This document shows, in pieces, positions 12,002 through 24,889 of a stretch of DNA of 64,000 nucleotides. This DNA is from Heptranchias perlo. Lineage: Eukaryota. The DNA is taken from positions 16,988,001 to 17,052,000 of the forward strand of contig NC_090356.1 in assembly GCF_035084215.1 (NCBI RefSeq), read 5' to 3'. A program made the translations under genes and the position numbers. Under the pieces are notes generated by a model. That model was not told the origin of the DNA. It saw only the letters and a list, made by a program, of their open reading frames with translations, and did not search any database. Within the stretch, counting starts at the first letter, position 1. Each line of letters opens with the position of its first letter.

Positions 12002-14009
12002 AATGAGGGCTTTCCTCACACCTTGCCCATCAGCGCATTGCTGCAAAACAAGAACACAGATTATACACATGTGTCCTATTGTGTCCTCCATCACTAACTA
12101 CTACATTAAGATGATGAAATTCCTATTATTTCTAAATTCTAAAGAAAACTCCTATAGGATCTGGATGTGCACTTGCTTTCCAGAACTCCTTGCTACTGAC
12201 GAGTTCAAAAAGTCACAGCAGTCTTTAGCTTCACTTAATACGCAGAACAAGCTGGTTGAAACTGCAGAGGCTGGCTGAGATTGCTGTGTAGCAGAAATAA
12301 AGAATCCACAGTTTAGCAAGGGTCAATATGTTATATGCCATTGACATGCTATTGAATCAGTGTATGATCAATAACAGTCAAGTCAGCCTCTCTTTGATTT
12401 GGACAAGTGTACACATATTTGGCACATTGCACAGCTGCGTACAATTCTTATGCAAATGAAGAATTCCCACAAAACCAATGAACAGGAGGCTGAAGCTCGG
12501 CTGTGTCCAGTAATAATATTGATTCATATAGGCCAACCCACAAACTCGGAAAAGCTGACGAACAGCTTCAAAACAATTTGCACACCCCAAAAAGCTGACA
12601 ACTCAAAAAACAATGTACAGATGAAAAACATCCCTGAATAAAGGCCACTATTTCAAGGTGACTGAAAAAGTTAAATCCCTTTTTATTACATTGGATTTCA
12701 CGACTTTTATTAGTGTTTTCACATTCCACAATTCAAATTGTTTTTCTGTGAAAACAAATTCAATGACCTCACGCATGACATAGGAAAATAAGTAGTTACA
12801 ATGGGAGTGCAGTGGGATCATGAACTTGTCATGACTTGAGCTGCAGCTATACTCAATTATCTATATTATAGGGAAAACTGAAGTACATAAAAGTGTAATT
12901 TTTGCAGGAGTGGACTTAGAAGGTGCAAATTTTATTTCCTGGGGGTTCTGAGAGCATGCCCTCAGAAGTTTCATTTTTGGCACATTTTTGATGCATTTTA
13001 CTGCATTTGGAAGTGTACTGTGAACCCAGGCCCATTGCATTGAATCACAAGCATTTTTGCCATTGTCAATGATTGCCTGCATTCAGTATTGATGAATAGC
13101 TGTTTGATCTAATATAATGAGAACTACTGCTTTAGTTTGAGGATAGCTGGGGATGGGGGTAATCCCAAGCCACTTTGATAAAGATCAAAGAAAAGACTCC
13201 AGCCTGGGGTACTGGGTTTGAGACCTGTCAGAAGGGGACAGGATCATTGATTGGCTGGAGTTCTCTTTGATGAGTAATGCAGTGGTCAGAGATCTCCTAT
13301 TACAGAATTATTTTAGTCAGTCTCAGCTTGTCTTTGAGTCTTGCGGCCAACAGCTACAAAGCTACATGTTTTATAAAATTCTGTGCCGTTAGAAAGAGAA
13401 TTAGTTTAGATAGAGGCTATGGTAAGTACATTTCTGTTTAAGGTCTATGTTTAGAGAGAAAGTGTGTGTTGTCTTCATTATTTAATTTATTAAGGAGGGT
13501 AGAGAAATATAAATTTTATTGTGTTATACTATTTATTTACTGTTCACTCATCTGTCTCATGAAAATAAAACCACCTGTTCAAAGACCCAGTTTGGTAATA
13601 GCATGTATCCTATCTGCTTTCGAAGAGAGAAGAATCATTTGGTGGCATGTGATACTTTGTACATCAGCTATTAGAATGTAAGAGATCTCTGATACGATCC
13701 TTGGGTCTCAATGTCGTTGACATAGATATTGGGCAGGAAACCGTACACTCCTTTATCTACTGTGAAAACGCAATCTATTAAGGTGGCTGGTGAGGTGAAT
13801 TGAGGGATCTGATATACTGCAAAGTTCTGTAATGCCTTTGTTTGGTTAGTTCGACTTATATGAGCACATAACTGCTTGTTGTGAGGACATTATTGCACCA
13901 GTGATAAAGGGTCCCCTCTTCTGAGTCACAATGACAAGACCTACCTTCCAGCAAGTAGCCTGATTTAGCTGTCCTATGCTGCGTGTAACAGCATCTGTGG
14001 AGAACGTAT

Positions 14010-14680
14010 GAACAATAACAGACAGGAAAAGATACTCTTTTCCATCCATCCTGTCCCACACAACTGCGATGCCTTGTGCATCACAATATATACACTCCCT
14101 ACCCCACCCAAAAACCATGTGATCTCCCGGGAGAGGCAAGAAAACAGATAAAAACCCGGGCCGACTTGGGGGAAAGAAAATCTAAGAAATTCCTCTCCGA
14201 CCTCCTTAGGCGATCGAAACTAGTCCAGAAGATCGCTCAGACCCTGATTAATGTCATGCAGCTCCTACCTTTTGTACGAGGTGATCTCGGCCCCAGCCAG
14301 AAACAGGTCCAGCTCTCGCTTGAAGGAATTCAGTGAATCGCTGTCCACCACAAGAGCTGGTGGCCTGTTCCAGAGATCCACTATTCTCTGGGAAAAGAAC
14401 CACCTCCTGACATCTAACCTGGTTTTGGCCTTATATAACTTGAGATGGTGACCCTTGGTCCTCCTTAACCTATTTAGTTGGAAAAAACTATTCCCTCCAT
14501 CATCATATAAACCTTGTTCAAATCACCCCTAAGTTTATGCTGTAGGTGGTATAGAGTCCCAGTTCTTTTAGCCTATCTTGATTGCCAAGATGCTTCAAAC
14601 TGGGAATTAATCTTGTGGCCCTCCTCTGCATCCTTCTCAAAGCCTCACTATCACCCACCATCTTCCATTCAATTAACTTC
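14010..14680 (-). mobile_element. CR1-like LINE 3' fragment
   Basis: Reverse strand carries KGHHLKL..RLDVRRWFFSQRIVDLWNRPPALVV, a CR1 C-terminal signature, plus 3' UTR. Confidence 0.6.
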
Positions 14681-16129
14681 AGCTGAACACTGCTAGATGG
14701 ATGCTAAGAACAGATTTCATCAAACCTAGTTCCAAATATAGTAAAGTGCACTGCAAGACAATACACTAGACCAAGCACCACCATTAAATTTCCATCTGCT
14801 TATGTTAACCAGCTGCAGTAGCAGATACAACATCAATTAGCAGTAATACTTTTCTTGCGACCTAGATATTATTTTTATTATTGAGAAGCCAAGATGCAGA
14901 GTGAAGGCCCACTGCGCAGGTCACTGAGTAAAGGCAATATGAGGTAAGTCAGGAAGCAGTTTTAAAATGTATTACAAACATTAGCACTATAAATAAACCT
15001 ATTATATACATTGGATAAAAACTAAGCATCCACTCACATCTGCCACCATATGGCTCATGTACAGGTCAGTGGCTTACACATGTGTTGTAAAATGGGTAGG
15101 ATTTATTTCTCTCCTCCACCCCAACTGCACAGGAGCTGATACCGGACAGCAGGACAAGCTGTGCTTTTAATTCATGAATCATGTGAATATCATGTGCGCA
15201 GCACCAAAGAATTTGCCTTAACGTTCATCAGCTGTTCACCCAACCTATAACCTGCTGTTATTTTGTAAGTTCCATAACTCACTGTTTAATCGCATATTAT
15301 TAGCTTTGTAATTACATTTCTCATCAAAGTATTACCATATTTTTAATGCTCAGATGCAAATGACTGAAGTTTCTGACATGGCAAACAGCTGAATTTTTAG
15401 AGTATTAACTTGCTATAAGAAAATAACTTTTATTTTTCAAATTTTCCCTGTCATTATCAACAGGAAACTCACCCAAAGTCGTGTTTTACTCGTCGGTGAC
15501 ATAAGGCGAATGTACCTTCAATAAGATGTAGTAGAATCCACCTCGAGGTTCAGATCACAGGCTATTTGTAATGAAAGGTTGTAAGTGCATTTGGCTCTGG
15601 CAGATTCAGATCATGGCGAATTACCAAAGAGCTCTGCTCTCAACTCAATTTCTCCTTTCCTGACGTCATAATCCCTGGGTTTATGTCTTTAACCTGCAAG
15701 TGGGAAGCAAAGTTTCTAATCATCCCATTTAATTTACTTCTGCCTGAGTAGATATCACTCAAGAGAAAAAAAACTCTGTAATATACTGGTTTACTATTAT
15801 TATATTAATGTTTCATTTATTATAATACTTTTCAGTGTTTTGTGAAATCATGCATTTTGCCTGTGGCTCCCCAATTAATACTAGAAACGAATAGATAATC
15901 CTAGTGTCTTCCTAACTATACATGCGACACAAATCTGTCTGCACAGTGCAAGAACATCACATTTTGAACATCATAATGCTGCAAAATTTCAATTTCTTTT
16001 AAGAGTTATCGTTTACAGAACATGCAAGTTTTAGAATTTTATAAGATACCAGGGGTAGTGGGACTTCAAAAAGGAGAAGGGGCAGGAGGACTTTTGGAAA
16101 AGTGGTGACAGTGAAACAAGCATCAGAGC

Positions 16130-16322
16130 AAGATTTAAAACACTCAGACACCAGAGTGTACCTTAAAAAACACAAGAGTGGGGATAAAATATTGACATAA
16201 AAGCAGAGCACAGTTTGGAAAAAAACACCAGAGTGAGATTTAAAAAACAGATACCAGAATGGGATTTAAAGAACAAATAACAGAGTGGGATTTAAAGAAG
16301 ATTTAAAGAACAAACACCAGAT
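16130..16322. repeat. Degenerate ~25-30-bp tandem repeat
   Basis: Recurring units of (a)caccagagtg(g)gatttaaagaac. Confidence 0.55.
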
Positions 16323-19300
16323 GGGTATTGGTGCGAGGGTCCATCTTCCTGCTCCTCCTTTGTTCGAGCCACGATATCTTGGGAGCCTCCTGCATAAAGA
16401 GGAAAGGAAGATGTGTTAGCATGGTGTATGTGTCAAAAGGGGTCACACACAGTAGCATGGCCAGTAGGGTGCCTGTTAATTAGTGACTGATCTTAAGGGG
16501 TGACGAAAACCTCCCCTTAAGGCCGTGGCTGCTGAGTTAATTGAAATTTTCAAGACTCAGGTCGATATATTTTTGTTGCGTAATGGTTTCAAGCGATATA
16601 GAACAAAGGCGGGTAAATGGAGTTGCGGCACAGATTAGCCATGATCTAATTGATTGGCGGAACAGGCTCGAGGGCCGAATGGCCTACCCCTGTTCCTATG
16701 TGAAAAGAAGCCAAAGACAAGACTTACTTTATGGGCTGGCAACAGGCCACCAAGCTGTCTCATACCCATTCCCTTCATGGTCTCCAAACTAATAATTATG
16801 AGGGTCTGCTTCTCATAGTATATAAGGCGTCGCAGGATGGTTCGGCCACCAGTGCGGGCTCTCTGCTCCTGAGGTGCACAGCCTTCACCTTTGAAAACAT
16901 AACAGAAGGATTATTTCAGCAATAGGTCAAAAAAGGAACAACCCAATGAGCAGTGTGAATACAAACTGGTGTGAAATAATGAGCAGATAATGTGCAAATA
17001 GTTCTAGAAGCCATATAGTGAGTTGATGCAAAAACATGCTGGAGTTGTGTGAGTCAAAGAAAGTCTTTCCTTTTGAAAGCCTCTAAGTTGAAGATGTAGC
17101 TTCAGAGATGGTATTTAGGAGGTCTAATAGGTTAGAGATGAGGCCAATGCTTTGCAGAGGGCATTGCAGATATGCCTGTATACTCGGGGCTAAGCATTTG
17201 ATGCATGCTTAGTACAGCCAACCCCTTTGCTTTGAGTGGGAACCTTTTAGGCTTCCCTGACTTGATGCTCTTCCTCTGTCCAGAGAGTCTTTTCCTCATT
17301 TGTGTGGCACAGAGCATAGCCTTCACATGACTGATCACCTCCTGCCATGTGTGCTCTACACTGACTCTAATTGGAGGCTTTCTCTATGCCCCAAAAAATA
17401 TGCCACTTTCCTCAGGGCCATCTCCTCCCATAAAACCTACGCTCTATCCTCTGTCAAGACTGCAGTTCCAGGGGGCCCCTCCAGCTATGTTGTGCAGTAT
17501 CACTTAGCCTCCGCCCAAAAACAGCTTTAAGAACTGCAGCAGCCCTTTAAGAGTTACTACCTTCCCAATTCCACGTGCCCCCCCCCCCCCCCGCCACCCC
17601 CCATCCAACTCAGGCTGACACAGATGACCAGACCCTGCATAATCCAGTAGGATTGAGAAGCCTCATTAATAAGCGGGTGCACCCAGAAGTGTTGGTCACT
17701 TGGAGCCAAAATCAGGAAATTGGCCCTACCGAATCAATGCAAAAAACTATGAAGCCAATTGCAATTCAACAGTTTGGAGCAGCCCAATCCAAGAGAAAAA
17801 AAAATTGCTTAAATACAAGTTCAACACTCCCTTCTTTTGTAAACTATGCCTCTAGATTCAAAATGAAGGATTCTGTTTGCCTCTTTTATAATCATGACAG
17901 AACCAATCAATAAAGGCCAAACAGAACCCCAGTCAGACAGTAACTACAAACGCAGTAAAATATATATATTAATTATGAGGACATGGTCCTGTAAGGAAAA
18001 TCATTCTATTTTGGTAAAAAGATTTTAGCTGATGTGAAAATAGGTGGTAAGGCAAAGTAATGCTATCAAATTTAGAAAGATTTAGATCCACTAGGTGCAT
18101 CTCAATGTGGATAAGTATAACCTTTGTGTCTTCATAAGCAGATATGGGGGGGCATTTTCCTTAAGGGCTGTATCACCACCAGCGAGATGATGGTGGGTTG
18201 GGAAGGATATCCACCTGCCAGTTTGACCCCGCCATGACCCTGCCCTATTTTCGGGGTGCAATCCCAGCCATATCTTCACTCTTCAGAGGGTGGCTGCCAG
18301 TGCTAGGGATCAAAAAGTCATGGTGCTGCAGCACCATTTCATTGCAACAGCTGAAATGGCAAAACCTATTTAAAGGAGAAGTCTCCTGAATGTACTGGCA
18401 TTCAATTTTGAATTGCTAAATGAACCTAGCAGCCATGCAACAGGCATTTGGTGGGGTTGAGATTGGGAGAGGTAACCATCTTCCATTGCCATAGTTCCTC
18501 CCCCCACTCTTTTGTTGCACCTTCCCCTCTATCAACAGTATAGAGGAAGGGATTGAGGGAGTCCTTATGCCTGCCCCTCACCATCATTTACATGCTGTGG
18601 GGCAGGCAGTCAACATTGATGCCAGTGAGATGAGGGAAAAGGAAGTATTGTCAGCAGGGATTCAAAGTTAGGCCTTCCTACTCCATTTTCCTCTGAACCC
18701 TATGGGACTGTCTGGGAACAGGCACATTCCAGGAGCAAAATCCAGCATCATGTCTCCTATGAACCAAAACATGTACCTTTATGCAAGCCATAGGTCAAAT
18801 AGTGTGTCACAGGATTAATAACTAACTCCTAATTCTGGTTTATAATGCAGTGGAGATCCCATGGGATACATACCATGCTCTCCTGATTTCTCAATAGGCG
18901 AAAAATATCACATTGACTGACTAAAATATATAGGCATAACCAATAATCATATTTATTTACAAATAGAATATATAGAAGCAGCAAAGGACAGCTATTTAAA
19001 GTAGAATATTAAAAACAGTAAAAACGTAGAATCTGACAAGGGGTTAAAATACTCTTTATGGAACATAGTTTTTGCACAGATCAATAAGTGACAGAACTCT
19101 TAGATTGTCTTTCATTACAGTAAGTTGTACTTGGATGATGTGAACTTCCAATCCAGTTATACTGGGACTAATAATGTGGTCTCTGAGCAGTAGCACCAGG
19201 TTTTTAAGAAGGTGAAGAGTAAAATATTGCCACTGGTTGGTAAATTGTTATTTAACTGTAAAGAGGGAATAAACTCAATGTTTACTAGAAGAATGAAGAG

Positions 19301-21284
19301 GGAAATTTTAAGAATTACTTCAGACAGAAGGTTATTAGAACATGGGATATTTTGCCATAAATGGCAATTGAGGCAAAGTTTATGAGGTCAAAATACCAAT
19401 TGGCCTGGTCCACCGGTGAGAAGTGTGTTGGAGCAGGTCCTGGATTTGCTGATCCCCAAAGCTGGATACACTGCCCGAAATGGCGGAGATGTGGTCATTA
19501 GTATAGTTGGGGTAGGCCACCAACGCCTGCAAGCGAGTATCGGCGGTGCGCACCATGATGGAGCCCCAGAAAATTAGAGCAGCACCATGCTGTTCCAAAA
19601 GTGGAAGACCTGAGAAGTACCCAACGGTGAAAGGTAATTTTTATTCCCTTTGGCTCCTAATGGAGCCAGCGGCACTTCTGATCAAGGTAATTGATCTCTT
19701 CTAGAATTAATTACCTCTTCCTGCTGGGGAAGAAAGTTCCAGATTTCCACTACCCTTGGTGTGAAGAAGTGCTTCCTGCCATCACCCCTGAATGGCCTAG
19801 TTCTAATTTCAAGGTTATCCCCCCGACAAGAGGAAATGATTTCTTTATATCTTTCCTATCAACTTGGTTGTGTTTCGGACTGTCCAGGGTGGCTCTTTCA
19901 TTGATATATTATGTACTGCAGCAGCATCACAGCTTGCAGTTTGAGGATGCTGTTCGCTAATTCAAGGGTTCGTTCATCTACCTTTTGATGGGATTTCCTC
20001 CTCCAGGCACTCAACTGCCCGAAGCCGCTGGCACTTTATGGAGGTGGCCAGGTTAGCTAAAAGCCACATGGTACTCAGTGTTGACCAGTCACAGGTAATA
20101 CCAGCTACTGTCATTACATATCAGGTTTTAACACCTGAACACACACCAGTAACCATGGCACAGGTATTTGTTGGAGAGAATTGACAACAAAAATTCAACA
20201 AATTTTTATTAAACGTTATGTATGAATTTCCAACAATTGCAATAATCCCAGCAATAAGAGATTAACAAAATTCAATATTTTTTGTTACTAACACCATCAC
20301 TGCTAGTGGCAATACTAAGATACTTTGTGATATTATCTTGAATTGCACAAGGTACAATTAGGCACAGGAACCAATGTGAATTGCAACATGCTTTGTAGAG
20401 TTGTGATGACAAAAATTCCAGTTCAGATATGCAACAACTACATGTCTCTGGCTCGAGTATTTTTTCTATTGGTAACTTGTCTTTCCAGTGACATGATTGA
20501 AACAGAGAACTGAATTGCAGTTGATGAGAACACTGGCTTGGGATATTGGCATTAGAAACTTGAGGGATATTTTTACTTCAGACCCACGTGGAGCCTGTTC
20601 AAAGAGGTTGCATTTGTGTTATTTGGGACCAATTAGTAATCCTTTATTTGGGTTCTGGAGGTACTGTCTATGATTCCAATTTGCCACAACAGCCTAACAA
20701 CATTTTTGAGCTTTAATTAGTTAGGGATGTCTGCCATTAAGAGAAAGTTAACTTAGAAAAATGTACCATCCCTAGCAAGAAAAATCTCTATCTAACAAAG
20801 CAATCACTTTCCACTGACTGCCTTTGGTTTATTTCATTCTATATCAATGAAATCAATTGGATTAATCCTGTACATTTACAAAAGGTTACCATCCTTGTAC
20901 TGCATCCATAAAAATACAGCATCTCTCAAAATATTTCCATGGGATATCCTTGTAAATTATACAAATCACCTGCCCAGTCTTGCCTACTCCAGGAAATTCA
21001 ACATAAATTTTTATGAACAATTAAAAAATAAGAATTTGGAAATCGTAAACCAGTTCTTAAATCCGGTTCCTTACCAACATGCTCAATGTTTGCTTTGGGC
21101 CTACGACTAATATTGATGATTTTTGGTTGCTGATGTACTAATCCTGGTAACATCAACCTCCTGATCCAAGCTTATCTCTAACCACATCTGCTTGTGAAAA
21201 CTGCAATAAATGGCAATATTCTCTCTCAGGCATGCAGAAAAAAGAAATAGCAGGCCATATTAGGTCATGGATTTTAACTATTAA

Positions 21285-21622
21285 TGTGGCTCAGTGGTAC
21301 CACGCTCATCTAAAAGTCAGAGATGGTGGAATCAACTCCCATTCCAGGGATATAATCTAGGATGACACTGCAGTGCAATACTGAGAGATTTCCTTATTGT
21401 TGGAGGTGTCCTCTGGGTGAGATGTTTAACCAACGCCCCTGTTCAGGTTGGTGTAAAAGATCCCATGATGCTATTTGAAGGAGTTCTTCTAGTATCGCTT
21501 GATCAACACTACCATTGATTTCACTGTTTGTGGGACCTTGCTCTGTGCAAATTGGTTGCCATGTTTGCATAAAAAAGTGGCTGCCATGAGGACATGAAAG
21601 GTGCTATATAAACATGTTCTTT
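21285..21622 (+). mobile_element. DeuSINE (SacSINE1-like), degenerate
   Basis: gtggctcagtgg tRNA-like head, gtgtaaaagatcccatg and gtgggaccttgctctgtgcaaattgg core, aaggtgctatataaa tail. Confidence 0.65.
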
Positions 21623-22309
21623 CATTACATACTTTAATAAATATTGTACCAAGCTAAGAACTTTGCTGTGGCTTGCTCTTTATAAATAAGGTTCAAAGAT
21701 TACTATATTCAGCTTCCTATTGTGATTCCATTTCTTGCTTGACCTTTGGCTGATTATCATACTGTCCTCTCCTATGCATAGAACCACACACAGCTACTGA
21801 ACACCACATAAAGCATGTACATAATCACACACACTGTCCTGACATCTCACACATCAGCATGTAGCCTCACAAAGTACCCTACACCCCCACACAATACAAG
21901 TGTGGTGTTGGAGTAGCTATGATGAATAGTGGATTTGACACTCCACATTATAGGTACAATACAAGTAGAATGTTAGCACCATTCAGCGACTTTAATATGA
22001 TAATGTATTTTTACCATACAATCCCTATAAAATAGCACCTACTGTGAGACGCCATTGAATGAAATTGTCAACACCCTTAACATTGAAAGCTTCTATTACA
22101 GTGCCACCTACAGGCATAATAGGCACTATAATGGTTTCCAAGAGGAACAAGCTTCACATGAAAATTTGATGAAATATGTGCCCAATTAATTTTTATGTAT
22201 TTAAAGGGGCCATTGTCATTGCAGAAAAGTTTATGAAAGTTAGGGTATACTTACTTTTACTGTTTTTCCCCTTTGAGCCCCCTCTCCCATGCCCAAACCA
22301 AGACCCAGT

Positions 22310-22570
22310 TGCTAACTGCACCGCCCAGTGTGGTGCTTTGAACCATGCAGACCAGGAAGGTCTCAGTTGCAGTTCCCAGTTTGTGCTATCAGTTGATTCC
22401 AGTAGCGTGAGAGTAGGGGTGCTACAAGTGGCTTCAGTGTCACTGGGTTAAGGAGAAGGCAAAAATCAGCCAGGACACATGCTCCTGGTCACCTTCCAGT
22501 GACTTCTGCTGGAAAGTGCACATGTGTGAAAGTCAAATAAAGGACAGGATTGGGATCAGCTCCCACCCTC
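22310..22570 (+). mobile_element. LF-SINE-like element
   Basis: aaaatcagccagg..gctcctggtcaccttccagtgacttctgctggaaagtg..aggacaggattggg resembles the recalled LF-SINE core. Confidence 0.5.
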
Positions 22571-22654
22571 CCATGTGCCTGACCCTATTTACAATGCCCC
22601 GATGGCATTCTTGCCATTACAGGAATCAGTAAATGAGCAAAACGAAGAGTGAAG

Positions 22655-22962
22655 AACTTGCATTTCTATAGGACCTTTCATGACCTCAGGATATCCCAAA
22701 GCACTTTACAGCCAATGAATTGATTTCCAATTACAGTCACTGTTGTAATGTAGGCAAACAGTAGCCAATTTGCACACAGAAAGGTCCAACAAACAGCAAT
22801 GAGATAAATGACCAAATAATTTCTCTTAATAATGTGCAATTAATGATTAATATTGGCCAAGACACCAGGAGAACGTCCCTGCTCTTCAAATAGTGGCATG
22901 GGATCTTTTACATCCGCCTGAAAGTGCAGCCAGGGCCTTGGTTTAACGTCTCATCCAAAAGA
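22655..22962 (-). mobile_element. DeuSINE (SacSINE1-like), 5' truncated
   Basis: Reverse complement of the Deu core and tail (gccaatttgcacac, ggcatgggatcttttacatcc, ggtttaacgtctcatccaaaag). Confidence 0.7.
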
Positions 22963-23254
22963 ACTAATAAGGATGAAGAATCTGCAATGCAAGAAAAAAA
23001 ATGGCACAGGAATGGGTCCAGTGGCAATGGAAAGTATGAGAGGGCAGCAAGTAAGTGTGTACAAATGTGGCAATCAAGTACCTGTGAGGGAAGCAATGAA
23101 AAGCACATGCGAGACATCAGCAAATCTAAGGAATACGAGTGTGGCAATCAAGAGCATGTGAGAAGGCTGAGATTGAAAGCATTTGAGAGTACATGGGCAG
23201 CAAAGTTGATGGAGTTTACCGTGTATCTAACTGCTGTACCTGACCTGAAGATAG

Positions 23255-23682
23255 ATTTGCATTTATATAGGGTTTTTCATGACCGTAGGACGTCCCAAAG
23301 CTTTTTACAGCCGATGAAGTACGTTTGAAGTGTGGTCAGTGTTATAATATAGGAAACGTGACAGCCAATTTGCACACAGCAAGGTCCCACAAACAGTAAT
23401 GCGATATTGACCAGATATTCTATTTTTTTAGTGATGTTGGTTGAGGGACACCTTTGCTCTTCTTCGAAATAGTACTATGAGATCTTTTACATCCACCTAA
23501 GAGGGCTGAGGCAGCCTCGGTTTAATGTTTCATCTGAAAGACAACACCTCCAACAGGGCTGCACTCCCTCAGTACTGCATTGGAGTGTCAGCCTAGATTT
23601 TGTGCTCAAATCTCTGGAGTGAGACTTGAACTCACAACCTTCTGATGCAGAGGCAAGACTGCTACCACTGAACCATGGCTAA
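23255..23682 (-). mobile_element. DeuSINE (SacSINE1-like), near full length
   Basis: Tail, Deu core and tRNA-like head (gacttgaactcacaaccttctga..gctaccactga) on the minus strand. Confidence 0.75.
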
Positions 23683-24199
23683 GCACACAAGCTTAGCTTG
23701 GAGCTTGATGGGGCAGTGTAGTGCGAGCTTTACTCTACAATAACCTACAGTACTTGACCAGTGTCAGTGTAGGTGAGAATTACTGCTGACATTTTGCTCC
23801 CCCCGAGACGGTGTTCTCCCTAGAAACAGGAAACCAAGATCAAGGAGACGGCAAAGGAAACGGCTCATTTATAGTCACTCCAGAAACACAGCATGACTAC
23901 AAGGCGAAACAGGTGAGTAACTGGAACAACAGAAACAGCAACAAGCTTGAAGGGACATGCAGATCAAGCTTTACTCGGCACCTAATCTGTGCTGTACCTG
24001 ACCTGGGACAATATAAAAGTAGATGAAAATTACTTGTGAATTACTAACTTGGCATACAGATGTCTCTCTGAAGAAGGGACTGAGACACAACCATGTACAG
24101 CAATCTTCCTTAGGGACAGACTGAGAAACCTGCACAGATACAACTGAGAAACAAAATTCACTAAACAGTTAAAAAAACAATCTTTCACTATTTTGATTG

Positions 24200-24785
24200 C
24201 CTTTTAGATCCTCTCAACCTTCTGTATTCCAGGGAAAAAGTCCAAATTTTTCAGATACCATCATACCTAAAATCGCAGTACTGAACATTCACAGTACTGT
24301 TTCCGTGGCTCAAATATCCTTGCTTAAGAATAGTGATTGTGACCTAAATATTTTTACAAATTTAACATAAAAAGCTAAATGGGATTTTGGGTTTTATGAC
24401 CTTTTCTACTTGTACTCCCAACCTTAAAAAGCCTCTGTTCCTCCACTCTCAAAGATCTTAGCAGTTAGGGTATATTTCTTTATTTTTACTGTTTTTCCCC
24501 TTCCAAAATGTTCTACTATATATTTCTCTGTACTGAATTATTGAATCTGCCCACACTAACTTGACATATCTTCTCCTGCAATCTCACTCATTCTTCCTCA
24601 CAATTTGCCATATTCCTAATTTGGTTTCATCAGCAAACTTCAAATTCATTCTTCTTGTGCCCATGTTCAAATTATTTATGTAAATAGCAAACAAAAGAGC
24701 TCGCAGCACAGATCCCAGGGGAACACCACTACCCACATTCCACCAATTCAAATATCATTCAACTATCCCTACTCTCTGCTTCCTG
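24200..24785 (-). mobile_element. Degenerate CR1 LINE RT fragment
   Basis: Reverse strand reads SGVPLGSVL..LF..YINNL..KFADETKL. Confidence 0.6.
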
Positions 24786-24889
24786 TCACTACCATCATCA
24801 TAACCTCAAAAAGGGTAATGATGATATGAGGAGGGGAAAGATTGGAGGAAAATCTGGTACAAATAGGATCAGCTACATTTCTAGTTTCA

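Noticed and set aside
12002-12094. N-terminal extension of LACTBL1 from ATG 12094
   Set aside because: It runs through a polypyrimidine tract and CAG acceptor at 12041-12055, so it is more likely intronic; not excluded without RNA data
19380-19680. CpG-retaining GC-rich segment with a 72-aa ORF
   Set aside because: No recognisable protein and no convincing exon chain; it sits among CR1 debris and is probably a TE fragment
21285-21350. tRNA gene
   Set aside because: Only degenerate A/B boxes forming a SINE head; no cloverleaf
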